DNA from: Bugula neritina
Lineage: Eukaryota; Animalia; Bryozoa
Direction of reading: 5' to 3'
Length of the DNA stretch: 30,720 nucleotides
NCBI GenBank assembly: GCA_964035545.1
Contig: CAXIUT010000196.1
Coordinates: 1-30,720 of the forward strand
Below the pieces are notes generated by a model that made no database searches, was not told the origin of the DNA, and saw only the letters and a program-made list of their open reading frames with translations. This document shows, piece after piece, positions 1-11,755 of this stretch (positions are counted from its first letter, which is position 1; every line of letters begins with the position of its first letter). The translations under genes were made by a program, and so were the position numbers.

Positions 1-99
1 CCCAACCCCAACCCCAACCCCAACCCCAACCCCAACCCCAACCCCAACCCCAACCCCAACCCCAACCCCAACCCCAACCCCAACCCCAACCCCAACCCC
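1..99 (+). repeat. Left telomere, (CCCCAA)n
   Basis: Perfect C4A2 array at the window start. It matches the Tetrahymena-type telomere repeat and has the correct polarity for a left chromosome end. Confidence 0.97.
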
Positions 100-180
100 T
101 CCAGTCATAAAAAAATAACTTATAGGCATCTATTTTTATGTTTTTAATAAGATATAATTAATCTAATATTTATAGAATTA

Positions 181-2691
181 TCATCTTTCCTTATGGTATA
201 AGACCTTCAAGTTATCATTCCAAACAACTGTTTTATTCCCAATATTGTTATCCTTTGGACTCTTTATTTTGTTGGCCTTTATCGTACTTCTTATTTTATT
301 TATTTAATTGTTTTTCTTCTATTTATTTTAGTCTTATTAAGTCTTTGATACTCCTTTTGAGTTTTCTGATACCAACCTTTTTTTTTTTTGAGAATTTTAA
401 TTCGATAACATAAAATTATTTCTTCTTTTGAATGTATATTTATTTGATTTACTCTTTTAGGTTTAAGAAGTTTTAGAGGCCTAAACTGGACTGTCATCGA
501 TGGGTTTGACAGATTTTTATTTGCATAATTTTTTAATTCCTTTATATATGAGTTTTAATAGAATAACAAGCGCTTCTAAGAGATGATGGAATGTTCCTAT
601 TAATAAGATAGATAAACAGATTATGCTTGTATACTTTAGAACTTCCATATTAGTTGAAAAGTAGAAGATAATAAAGCAAGAGTGAAAGATCAACTGATAT
701 ACTATCTTCAATATTTATAAGATTCGATACTTCTTAACGATAAAGCACAGATAAAGAGCCAAGAGGTTGCTCAAACCTATGATGATAAAGAAGAAATAAA
801 CATTACTTATCAATACTAGCAGGGGATATATGAAATTTTAATAGCCTGCCCACCAATTTCTTAAAGCTACTTGGATATATTTTTTATATTTTTACTTTTT
901 AGCTTTTGAAAATTCATTCATAAAGCTAACTAAAAGGAAGAACACTAGGAGCATTAATATCGTGTATTGAGCTAGCATATTGATTTTAGATGGAAAATTC
1001 AAGTATCCTCCCATCATAGAATACTTCCAAGTCAGGACTAAAGGAATCATGTTGGAAACCAATAAGCCCCAATACATATCCATTCTATATTTTTTTAGAC
1101 CTTTTTCGATGTAATTTATATTGAGAAAACTTTTCCCCATGAGTAAGATGAATAATTAAAAGAGAAGAATACTTGCTATGATGGCAATAAAACTATATGA
1201 ACAAGTTTGGAACAAATCAGAACTTATTTCTAAATATTATCCTCTTTTACTAGTCACTCTTTCAATTGAAATGCCATTTAATTTACCCCAAAAAAATTAT
1301 AAAATGCTTAGTTAACTAGCTTTATAGAGTTTGCAAAGGTTCTAGAAGATTACATATGGCAGGCGGATTTAAAGAAGGACATAGAGACTTGAAATCATAA
1401 AATAGTTGTAGATATTTATGAATAAAGCAGCGAAAGGACTGCCAAAGATGACTGAAAATGAATTTTTAACTACTACTTCTACTCTATATAAAGTTTATTA
1501 TATTAAATTAAGAGTTTTTTATTAGAACTCAGATGTATGAAGTTCGTAATACAATGTATTCTCCTCCACAGTTTCATTCTCCTCCACAATTACACTTGGA
1601 GGACTGACTACAGGTGGAATATTTTCAGGCGGGTAGCTTTGAAGAACTGTGCCACCATCAGTAATATTAACTCCATAAGTATCAAGACCATTTGTTGATA
1701 TGCTGAAGAGTTCTCCGATTGTTTAATCTACTTAGTTAGTCTCAGAAGGTAAATTGCTACTCAAAGATCCAGAGCTAGAAGTATCTAAATCATATAAGAA
1801 ATCTTGGTTATTTTTTTTGACCAGCACAAAACGATTACTAGTATCCAAGAAGGAAACAGATCTAACTTGACCTCCTCCAGTATTAAAAGAACCAACAGTA
1901 GTGAAATCACTTAATCTTAGTACTCTTACTGGACCGTGATTATCTATTTATATTAAGGCTAAAGTGCTATCACTACTAAAAGAAATACAGCTCGTTTTTC
2001 CTGATGAACTAATCACACTATCATTATATATGTGAAGTAAAGAAAAGTTATTAGGGATTGAGTAGATATATACCCTTGAGTTTTTAGTCCAAGCCAGAGC
2101 TTTTTATCTATCAGGTGATATGGATACAGAACAGTTGCTATAAGGTAGATTTATTATGAAACTTGTATTATCCGCCATTTTAACTACATGTACAAGGTCA
2201 TTTGGTCCTGTTTTTTTTACATAAGAATAGATATGATGATCTTTAATAAAAACCTTTTCTGGTTAATCAATTGAATGATTTCCACTAGTTCCTTGATATC
2301 CCAATATTCCGCTTTAGTCTAAGCTAAATATTAAGTGTTAGATGAGATTTGAGGTAAATGAAGTCAGAACCAGTAAGGTTTAAAGTTAATTCACTGATAC
2401 AAATATTAACACAAAAGGAAGGCTGTTTCCATATGCGTAGTTAGCATAGGTTTGAACTAAAATACTAGGATCTATCTTATTGCGAATATAAACTATATTA
2501 TCTGACCCTAATATGTACAAATTAGTATTACTTTTCTCAACATTTCTCAAAAAATATGCGGGATAAGGTGATCCCGGGTCACCAGAAATAGTAATGCTTG
2601 TCCCTGAGAAAAGAGTAATTGAAGCAGATCCAATAGTTGCAGTTATTTGGCAGTCGATGAAACATAGCAGGAATAGAAAAACTATTTTCAT
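181..2691 (-). CDS. Membrane protein, ~836 aa: signal peptide, beta-propeller-like extracellular region, multi-pass TM C-terminal region
   Basis: Track ORFs 2386-2772, 892-1140 and 517-711 share one frame and join when TAA/TAG=Glu. Starts MKIVFLFLLCFIDC. Has WD40-like strands (SVSISPDREKALAW, SCISFSSDSTLAL, VRSVSFLD) and several hydrophobic helices. Ends at TGA 181-183. Confidence 0.8.
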
Positions 2692-3009
2692 GTTTTGTTT
2701 TAGAAAATTTTTATATTTAAAATCATTTCTAAGAACTATTTTAAGCAAATAAATAATCAATGTTCGATTCACTTTTACTTTTTACAAATGATACATTTTT
2801 ACATTTTTATTTCGTAATTATTTTTTTATATAAAAACGATGATTTTACTTGTTCAATGATCTACTTAAGTTTACTTGGATTTAATTATTAATAATTCTTT
2901 TACTCGACCTTTCTATTCTGCTTTATCTTTACTTAAAAAAGAATATAGATTATTATTTGTCACTAGCTTACAATTATTTGTCTTATTTATATTTATATTT
3001 TATATGAAA

Positions 3010-6000
3010 TCATTGAGTACCAAACATTGAATTGCTTTCTTTGAACTGAGATAACTTTTAAAGTTGTTTCAAAATGGCATTGTCTACTTTACTACTGACT
3101 TGTTGTAAACCTGTGCTCTTAACTCGTTTATACCAAATATCTGGGTCAAGACCGTTATCTTTTAGAATAGTTCCTGACTAGCGGTTATCCAATCTACTGA
3201 CCTGCTCTTGAATACGTTCTTTCAATTTCTCTTCCTTTTCATTCATTTGTTTCTCGTACTCCACGAAAACTCCTCGATCTTAATTTTTTTTATTTGAACC
3301 AATTTTTTATTCTCTTAGTAAATTAATTACATTTTATTGAGTATTCCATTTTCTGTGAAGAGGGTCTTCAGCTTTATTAAGAACATGATATTCCAAAGGC
3401 TCTTCTAAGGTTTTGAGATTGAAGTTGTTATATTTTTCTTTCATTTCTTCAGCATGATGATAAGATTCATAATATGAAGGTTTGAAATACTGTTTTTGTT
3501 CAATATATTTCCTATTTTTGCCAGGACCTTATCCCTCTACAGTTTTCAACTTAGCCTTTCGCAGGTTGGGATATCCTTTTAGCTGTTCAATTTATATCTA
3601 TCCTCTATCAAGTTGTTTAAGAGACTGAATATAGATTTCATACTAAAGAAGTTCTATATCTTAGTATTTAGTCACCATTCCTTTAAGATGATCCAAAACT
3701 TATGCATATATCTATCTGTGTTACTCTGCTTCTTCTTTCCATTTGTTGAAAAACAGATAAACATCTGCCATGAATCTATATTTGGGAGCTATGTGAGGAT
3801 TTACTCGATAAAGTTTGGCTGAAATCCACTAATCATGACTCAAGTTTTGCTTTTAATTATCTGGGTCTATCATTTCGAACTCATCTTTTAAGAAGAGTTT
3901 AGTCACAGATCCAGTCTAAACCACTCTTAAACACTACTAAAAATCAATCTATCTGCAAATTGGAAGCAACCTACGCTGATCATCCTTAAACCTTTCGTTA
4001 GATAGTCTTGATTATAAAAGTCTTGTTATACTGGCACATAGTGGTCGATTTCTATCATATTTATTTAATAGCTTTTCTAAAAACACTTTCTCATGATGCT
4101 CAATATCGTTATTTGGTATTTAACCACAGTGAACACCATTTTTATATTGCAATTAACCCCATCCTTATACTTCTATCGAAGGTAAACGTCCTCCATCAAG
4201 GCCTGAAAGTCTCTCAACTAGTTGAAGAATCTTTTTTGCCCATAAAAGCAACACTATTGAACGTCTTTTCTTAGATTTTTTATCAGGATTTCTTTAGATT
4301 TACTTTCGATGCAATTATTGTTATTCTAGATATTGTTTAACAATAATTGAAAGAAAAGGCTATCCTGGATAAGTCTGAAGAACAAGAGTTTCTTCCTAAT
4401 AAGTTCTATATTGGAAAAGTAAAGGAACAAAGTTCGAAGCTACTTATGATAGAGTCGCATAATACCAACTTTGATAAATAGCTATTCTCTATTTAGTACT
4501 ATATAGTGTTAATCTGCAGATAGGAGTATTCAGATTAGGATCAGTTGGCTTCACTCCAAGCATGCTTCCGACAAAATACTAATAGAGTTACATTTTTTAT
4601 CCGCCTTTGAGACCTCCTTCGCCCTATCGAGATACTAGTTGCACAGCATCATCTAAAGAAGATAAATGGCGATTAAATAAATTTAAAAATATTTCATGAT
4701 GAGTCCATACAGGAATCAAAGCCTATTGTAAAAGAGCTTCTCCAGAGGATATACTGATCGCAGTTCTTGGAGGAAGGAAGGTAAAGGAAGAAAGAAGAGC
4801 CAAGATTTCTTTATAAGCTCCAATTTTCGATATACAAATTAAGGCAACTCTTTTACCAGTAAAGGATTAAATCACTTAATCGAATGATTCTGATTTTATT
4901 TTTATTTTTTGAAGAGGAGATAGTAATTCCTTTGCTAGTAGTTTTGAAAAATTAATAGATTTATGAAAGATTATATGATACCTGTATTGAGCAATAACCT
5001 CATTAATTGCGTCTAGTAAATGCATATATGCAGGTTTGACGATAACAATGACTGAATCAAACATAGTTGTTTCAGGGAAAAATATAGATGCCAACTCTTC
5101 TGTGCTTTTATCTGATTTTGATGAATACAGAAGATAGTTGAATGAATCTTCTCTTAATCCTTTTAAAACTTATTCTCTCTGTCTTTTAGTTCCTTTAAAT
5201 GCTCCTTCTAATTTTCCTCTCTCAATGCGAAGCATATCTCTTGTCTTGCAGTTTTCAAGAACATCTGAATAGCCGTTACTGCCTAAAAGACATTTATCTA
5301 AGGAAATCAGATCTCCACAACTTTTGAAAACTTCATCTTTCGATGATGGTTTTAAATTAAGTTCTTATTTGAAGAGTTATTTTCCTCTTTTTATTTAAAA
5401 TCCAGGTTTCTCTGGGATCCATATAGTATTTACTGTAGCTAAACCTTTGGGATTAGAGTTGAGAAGAGCATCTGCATCATATATAGCTCCCATTTTACTG
5501 ACCAATAGTAATTCAGATGCTCCAGCACTCATCATTTATTGATATTCAGATAATTATTCTTTAGAAATGTGTTCAAGAGCTGATATATAGTGTGCCTGTT
5601 CTAGTGATATTCTTTGTTTTCTTCTTTGAATAATTATGAATCCATTTAATCTTAAAATATTAACTATGATTTATGATATTTTGGCTGCAAGTGGCCTGAT
5701 TATTATAATACACCTTTGACCCATTAGATAGTTAGGAAGAAGATTACTGATCACTTTTTATATATTTTATTTGTCTTTTACCTCAAGGAAAGATGGAAGA
5801 TCTCCTTAGTTTTTCAAAGTTTATGGTCCTGTTTTTACAGAATAAAAAATACCAAATTTAGAAAGATGATCATTAGCAAGTTATTTTCCAAGAAGGTAGG
5901 TGATTTGATGATAAGGTAAGAATTAAAGTATTTTTTAAAGACTTAATCGTTTAATATCCTTGATTCCTTCAAGAAGTGAGTAATAACCATTATAATCCAA

Positions 6001-7193
6001 TAGATCTTAAAATTTCCATTCATTTTATTAACTTTTATCTGTATTTGCCAATAAGAATAATCTTTTATGTAATTCAAAATATGCTGGGAATAGTTATTGA
6101 ACCTCAAAGAAAGCATCTTTTTTTGAAACAGAAACATGTGCTATTGAAGCAGAAGGATAATTCTCTTACACTTACTTCAATGCCTTTTTGATTTATGATG
6201 CATTTGGATATGAATCATCTACTTTTACTATGAAAACAGCCAATTACTAATCATCTTGAACATGTTCTAAAGAACGAATTTTAACAGAAACAGCTATTTT
6301 TTTAAGAATGATAAAATTTTATTTAAACTATTATCCAACCTCGATATCTTGCTTCCAACCTCCAGAATTGTGAATACACTAAGCTAATTCAAGCATAGCC
6401 TAGAGAAGACCTGGCTCATTACTGTTATTAAGAATATTACATCTGAGTAATTTTAACTCAAAGAGTTTTTTATCAACTAATTGTGATTAAAGAAGTTAGA
6501 ATCCTATTTTTTATAGTAATTGAGTAGTATTCCAGAGTTGTTATTAATTTGGTTGTTATCCTTTGAGACGAAAAGCTAGAACTCGATAGTTTAGGTTCAG
6601 ATAATCTTCTTTTAGTTCAAATTATTTTAAGTATTTCCAAATATATGGTCGATGAAATGAAGTTGTTTTGGATGAGGCATGAGCTGACATTGGACAGCCA
6701 CAATTATTGCAACTCATGAAAGGAACTCTTTTCGTTTTATTTTTATTGTTCTGATTGTTTGTATTTTTGAAATTTCCTCGAAATATTGAACATCTACTGC
6801 ACCCCAAACATAGAGTTCTTCTGTTTTTAAAGATTGAAGGGGCAAGAACAGTATTTCCTCTTTAAATTTATCGATTTAAATCGCTAACTCTTTTTTCGTA
6901 GTCCTCAATTATGACGATTATACTTCCATTGTGGTATTTTTCAATACCTAGAATTAAACTCTTTGGGAATATTTTTACTAATCCCTCCTCGCCTGGATTA
7001 AATCTGGGTCCTCAATTGCCAGATTTTGCTACTAGTACTTTTATTGATTGAAAAGTCTATTGGGATCATAAGACAATTCAGTGCGGATCAATTCAGATTA
7101 TCGCTTTTTGAGAGGTCGACCAAGAGGATTGAAAGGACTGTTGCGGATAGCGCATAACTATTCTCCTATTTTAGAAAAAAACTCAGTTGTCAT
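3010..7193 (-). CDS. ~1387-aa protein with a Cys/His zinc-finger-like motif and two degenerate nucleoside-diphosphate-kinase (NDK)-like domains
   Basis: Continuous frame from ATG 7193 to TGA 3010-3012 after removing a 20-nt intron at 6904-6923. Motifs: CLGCSRC...CNNCGCPMSAH; IIIIRPLAAKISEIIVNILRLNGFIIIQRRKQRISLEQAH...MMSAGASELLLVSKMGAI; VIVIVKPAY...SKIGAY. Confidence 0.8.
6904..6923 (-). other. 20-nt intron (gtataatcgtcataattgag)
   Basis: Joins the ATG-7193 frame to the Zn-finger/NDK frame. GT...GAG with A at -6. Confidence 0.7.
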
Positions 7194-7261
7194 TTAAAAT
7201 TAATGATAACTATTCTTAATCAAACTTAAATATTCATAATTATAGCAAATTATAGTATTTA

Positions 7262-7366
7262 GGGGTTGGGGTTGGGGTTGGGGTTGGGGTTGGGGTTGGG
7301 GTTGGGGTTGGGGTTGGGGTTGGGGTTGGGGTTGGGGTTGGGGTTGGGGTTGGGGTTGGGGTTGGG
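7262..7366 (+). repeat. Right telomere, (GGGGTT)n, closing minichromosome 1
   Basis: Perfect T2G4 array, inverted relative to 1-99, 68 nt upstream of an inward-pointing ATG. Confidence 0.97.
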
Positions 7367-8478
7367 ACTTCATAGTTGACACTGGTCAAGAACCATTTCT
7401 AAAGACTGATGAGATTTTATCCTGAAATGTTCATTAAGTCACTAAAATATTCAATCAGACCTTAAATTTATTCATCGTAAAATACTTTTTCTGCGACAAC
7501 TGTAGCTACTCCAAGCAACCATCCTGCATTTTTGAGCTGAAGATCAATTTATCCTCGGGCAAGGCATTTGCAAAGAAGACAAAGGGCCAAATTGATAAGA
7601 AATGGTGACTATGACGAATAGAAGCACTAAAGTAATTTTTACGAAAGTTCAAGATCAGGAATAGATAGATCTTATAGCGATATAATATTCTAAATTGAGA
7701 AAAATGAACTACACTAGCTTCTATCTTCAATAATGGTGATAGAAATATTGGGATTGTGAATGCTAAGTTGATTGTTAAGTTTGATTTAGCCAATAGAACA
7801 TTTATCATTTTGACTTTGAGAATAAGAAGATACACTGAATTGACTACCTATTTTTTATAAAACCTTTCCTTTTATATTTATTTTATCTGTATTTTATTTT
7901 TGGATTCCTTTTAAGTTGATAGCATCTGCGATTGATATTCTATTCATTTTGCTCATGTTTGATTGACCTTTTTTCAATTGTAATCTAGGTAAACTTTCAC
8001 ATTCATCATCTTCTTAGTTAGGATTAAATTTAGAGACAAATTGGGTTTTATTTCTACCTTTTTTTCTCTTAGGAATGATAATTTCTTAAGAACTTCCTTT
8101 GTTGTTTTTACTTTTGTTTGAAGAAAATGATCCTAAGGAACATTTAGACTTGCTAATTGAAAGACTCATTTCTTAATCAAGTATTTTGAATGTTTTTATT
8201 AGGGAGTCAAATCGAGGTCTTTACTTTATAGCAAGATTGAAGAAAGTAATTATTTTAGTATAGAGTTTATCTTTGGGGATGGCTTATATTTATTTTTATC
8301 TTTGAGAAGAGCGTTATTTAGCATAGAGAGATACTTTACTTTCAAAATTCAAGCCGTATATGCTTGAAACATGTTTGTTATTATTCTTAATAAGTTATTC
8401 TTCTTCAATGTTTCTTAACTAAGGAGAGTGAACAATAATAGATGGGACTTGACTGTATGACTAGATAGATTCTTCCAT
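7367..8478 (-). CDS. Cyclin-domain protein (Pho80/PCL/cyclin-U-like), 3'-truncated at the junction
   Basis: Open frame from ATG 8478. The C-terminal part [52 protein letters not shown] resembles the cyclin box. It runs into the telomere tract without a stop. Confidence 0.7.
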
Positions 8479-8795
8479 TAATTAATTAAACATAGAATTG
8501 ACGATATAACTTTACACCTAAATAGCGATGAATGGATAATTAAAATTAATAAATAATAGAACTTTAAACATAATCAAAGTACTGTTCAGATAGTGTTTTA
8601 TATAGAATTATTTTTTATTATTCCTAATTTTTTAAACTTTTTATTTGGCAAAAATAATAAAAATTAACCACTTCTTATACTTTTATACAAACAAAGAATC
8701 TGATAAAAGGGATAGGAGTTGTTTGACTTTAACTTTATATTCTTTGATTAAAGAATAAATAGATAGTCTTTTGATAAAGAATAAATTATTTCTAA

Positions 8796-9635
8796 ATGCT
8801 ATCATCTTGTATTTCTTTGTCTATAGTTTAGTTGTATAGTTCTACTTAAATATATTAAACCTCAATTTCTTGTTAATTATTAATGTTGCAAGAAATGACA
8901 AGCCCTGGAGACAATGCCAAAGAAGAATAACGGAAACGAAAGTCTTCTAACAAAACTCTTATTTTTAAGTAGTAAATTAACAATTTTATCGATTCGATTA
9001 TTGATAGTGTCAGGTGGAATCTCTGTAATTAATTTGATAGTTAGCTGCAAAGAAGTATTCTTCAGACTTTCTAGAAGCTGTTTTTATGAAAATCAAAAAC
9101 CCAAAACAACTTAACTTTCTTTGGTTACGTATTGTTATTCTTAAGAAGATTGGAACAGTCTCTAGAAGGTTTGTGACTTAGTTGTCAGACCAGTTTACAC
9201 TTGTTTGAAAATTATAAATATTGGAGGAAACAATATCACATCAGTAGAATCACTTGCAAAGGCCAATATGGAATCCCTCGAATAGTTATGGCTGTGGAGT
9301 AATAAAATAACGAGGGTTGATTGTCTCAGAAAGATGAACATACCCAATTTGAAGTACCTTGATGTTAGTTCGAACTTGATAGCTGAATGGCCAAGATTCG
9401 GATAGCTAAATTGCCATCATTTGGAACTCATAAGCATTCAAAGAAACAGTTTTGTTTTTGTCGATCACTTCATAAAGAACATAAGATTTGAAGATAACTG
9501 CGTGTTAAATATCTGTAGAAATAGAATTATTAAGTCGATAACAAACTGATTCGAGTTTTTGGAAAGATTGTCTCTAAAAAGAAAAAACAAGGAAAACTCT
9601 TTCACGTTATGAAAAACAAACTCGAATACATCTGA
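8796..9635 (+). CDS. Leucine-rich-repeat protein, ~259 aa, three 20-nt introns (start codon uncertain)
   Basis: LRR units LNFLWLHWNSL, LKIINIGGNNITSVESL, LEELWLWSNKITRVDCL, LKYLDVSSNLI. Introns 9025-9044, 9129-9148 and 9515-9534. TGA at 9633-9635. Confidence 0.85.
9025..9044 (+). other. 20-nt intron (gtaattaatttgatagttag)
   Basis: Restores the LRR gene frame. A at -6. Confidence 0.75.
9129..9148 (+). other. 20-nt intron (gtattgttattcttaagaag)
   Basis: Removal yields the LRR LWLHWNSL and the downstream frame. A at -6. An AG 3 nt earlier would keep the same frame, so the acceptor rests on the LRR register. Confidence 0.75.
9515..9534 (+). other. 20-nt intron (gtagaaatagaattattaag)
   Basis: Yields VLNIFDNKLI, at the same LRR phase-1 position as the other two introns. 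A at -6. Confidence 0.7.
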
Positions 9636-9916
9636 TCATCAAACGTAAATCCATTTAATATCAAATAAACTCAATACTATCTATCTCTTCAATAGAAACT
9701 GTTCAAATCAATATCCAAAAGTATATCTAAAAATACAGTCTTAAAATATTTATTTCAGAAGGACAACGTCACTTGAATTACCTCTGTTAGCCCTGTTTTT
9801 AAGTTTTTCTTTTAATTTAATTTAAAAGATAAATAGTTTTCAATAATTTTATTAGCAAGTCAGTTTTTTATATAATTTAATATTGAGTTTGTGTAATAAA
9901 TATAGTTATTAATCCG

Positions 9917-11647
9917 ATGGGCATTAGCAACTCCCAGACATTTCCTTTCATGCCCAGTCCTCCTCCATATCACTAAGAACAGCAAATAATGACTAAAGTT
10001 TGGACTTTTAAAGATATTTTATAAATGAAAAAGAAAGAACAAATACTATAGTCAATTAAACATGAACAAAAATACAACATCTGCAAAATACTAAATAACT
10101 ATTCCGAATATATCAACTAAATACAAAGTTGGAAACTAATAGCTGCATTTTAGTATCCCTTACATTCTCTTAGAAAGGAAATTATCTAACGCAAAAAATT
10201 AAAGCCTCCTAAATACTTCACTTAAAAATAACTATAAACCATTCTTAATATATCAGCATTGTTTTTTAACAACTATTATGCCTATCTTTGCAATCATAGC
10301 GATATTTTCTCTAATATTTTTATCCATAAAAATTAATTTAAAATATGTCATCCTGAATTACTATCATGTAACTGTTCAGATAACTACTGCACCACTAACA
10401 ATATTAAACAGCAAGTTATTGATCAGGTGTTAGAACTTATCATGTTGACTAAGATAGTGAGAGGAGGGAATAGATAAAAATAAAAAGCTATGTATCTGTA
10501 TAATCATTCCAAATGGCTATGCAACCTACTCTAGAGACTTGTAGATCCATCGAGTAATCTTTTGACTTTGTGTCAAGAGTCATCTTTTCTCAATCAAGTA
10601 TCAAAGATTTAATCAAATAGAAATTATGAACTATCGACTGAAATAACTCCTTTCACTCTTTATCCTCCAAGATTCACTACTCCCTATCGATTTGATAAAT
10701 AGATATAAGTGCGGTAGTCTAAACATGCTTAATAGACAAAAGTATCAAATAATACTCGATTTTATCAACGTTCAAATTCTTTAGATTTCTAACAATAAAA
10801 ACAACCTAAATATTCTGTTTTACTTTATGAAGGAATGTAGCTGTAAAAAAAATTAACCCTCGATTAAATATAAAAATAGATAGTAGAATCTTACGGATAA
10901 AATTAATAAACTTACTCAATTGTAAATCATACCAATCTATATGAGCTACCTAGTGAAGGAACAGACACAGTAAAAGAACATCACTTCTAAATCCAAGATA
11001 CTAATAGTGTGATAATAATGTCATCACTTTACAAAGACTAGGAAACAATCAAAAATAGTAAAAGTTGTGTTTATCCAGTCATACCTACAATAATAGAATA
11101 ATAAAGTTAAATATATTCTCAAGATTCTAGAAAAAAGTAGTAGATATCATCTCCTAAACATCTGAATGTAAGTATATAATAGAATGGTTATCATTATAAG
11201 GGGGAGATGTTGAAGGGAAAGAAACATGGAAGAGGGGTATTTTACTATCCAAATGGAGTTCATTATGAAGGAGAGTGGTTTAATGATTAAATGTAAGGAA
11301 TAGGGACTTTGTATTATTCATCAGGTCAAGTATATTATCAGGGATATTGGAAAAATAATAACTTTCATGGAAAAGGAATATTTTATAATTAAAATTAATA
11401 AAGAATTCAAGGTTGCTTTGATTATAGAGATTTTAATCAAATTGGGAAAAGATGGAGATCTTTTTAAGGAAATTTCTAAAAAGATAATAAAGAAGGTTAA
11501 GGAGTTTTAACGCTATCGAATGGCTAAGTTCTTCAGGCATAGTGGAGATAGAATGTGATATCAGGGAGGGGAATTTTCTATACGCTTCAAGGTCACATAA
11601 TCAAGGGAATATGGATAGAAAATATACTCTATTAGCAAGATAATTGA
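9917..11647 (+). CDS. MORN-repeat protein with a degenerate kinase-like N-terminal segment, ~576 aa
   Basis: Single frame with TAR=Glu. C-terminal MORN units [70 protein letters not shown]. The N-terminal [17 protein letters not shown]...YFTEKELETIL resembles a kinase hinge/alphaD-alphaE. Confidence 0.85.
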
Positions 11648-11755
11648 AATGAATGATTTTTAGGTACTATTAATATCAATTCATTATTAATATTAAAAAT
11701 ATGATTAGGAAATTATAATTATTAGAAACATAGAAAAGAAATATGTATTTTTGAA

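Noticed and set aside
3613-6191. Short + strand track ORFs (3613, 4008, 5976) and similar ones at 21967, 23877, 25214, 28734 and 29708
   Set aside because: They lie antisense to longer code-30 reading frames.
6700-6720. In-frame TGA in the ATG-7193 frame, suggesting UGA readthrough or an ambiguous-stop code
   Set aside because: Resolved by the 20-nt intron at 6904-6923. No conserved Trp or Cys position was seen encoded by TGA.
7200-7382. Track ORF with poly-(QP), and the poly-(GW) ORF at 14539-14784
   Set aside because: These are translations of telomeric repeats, not genes.
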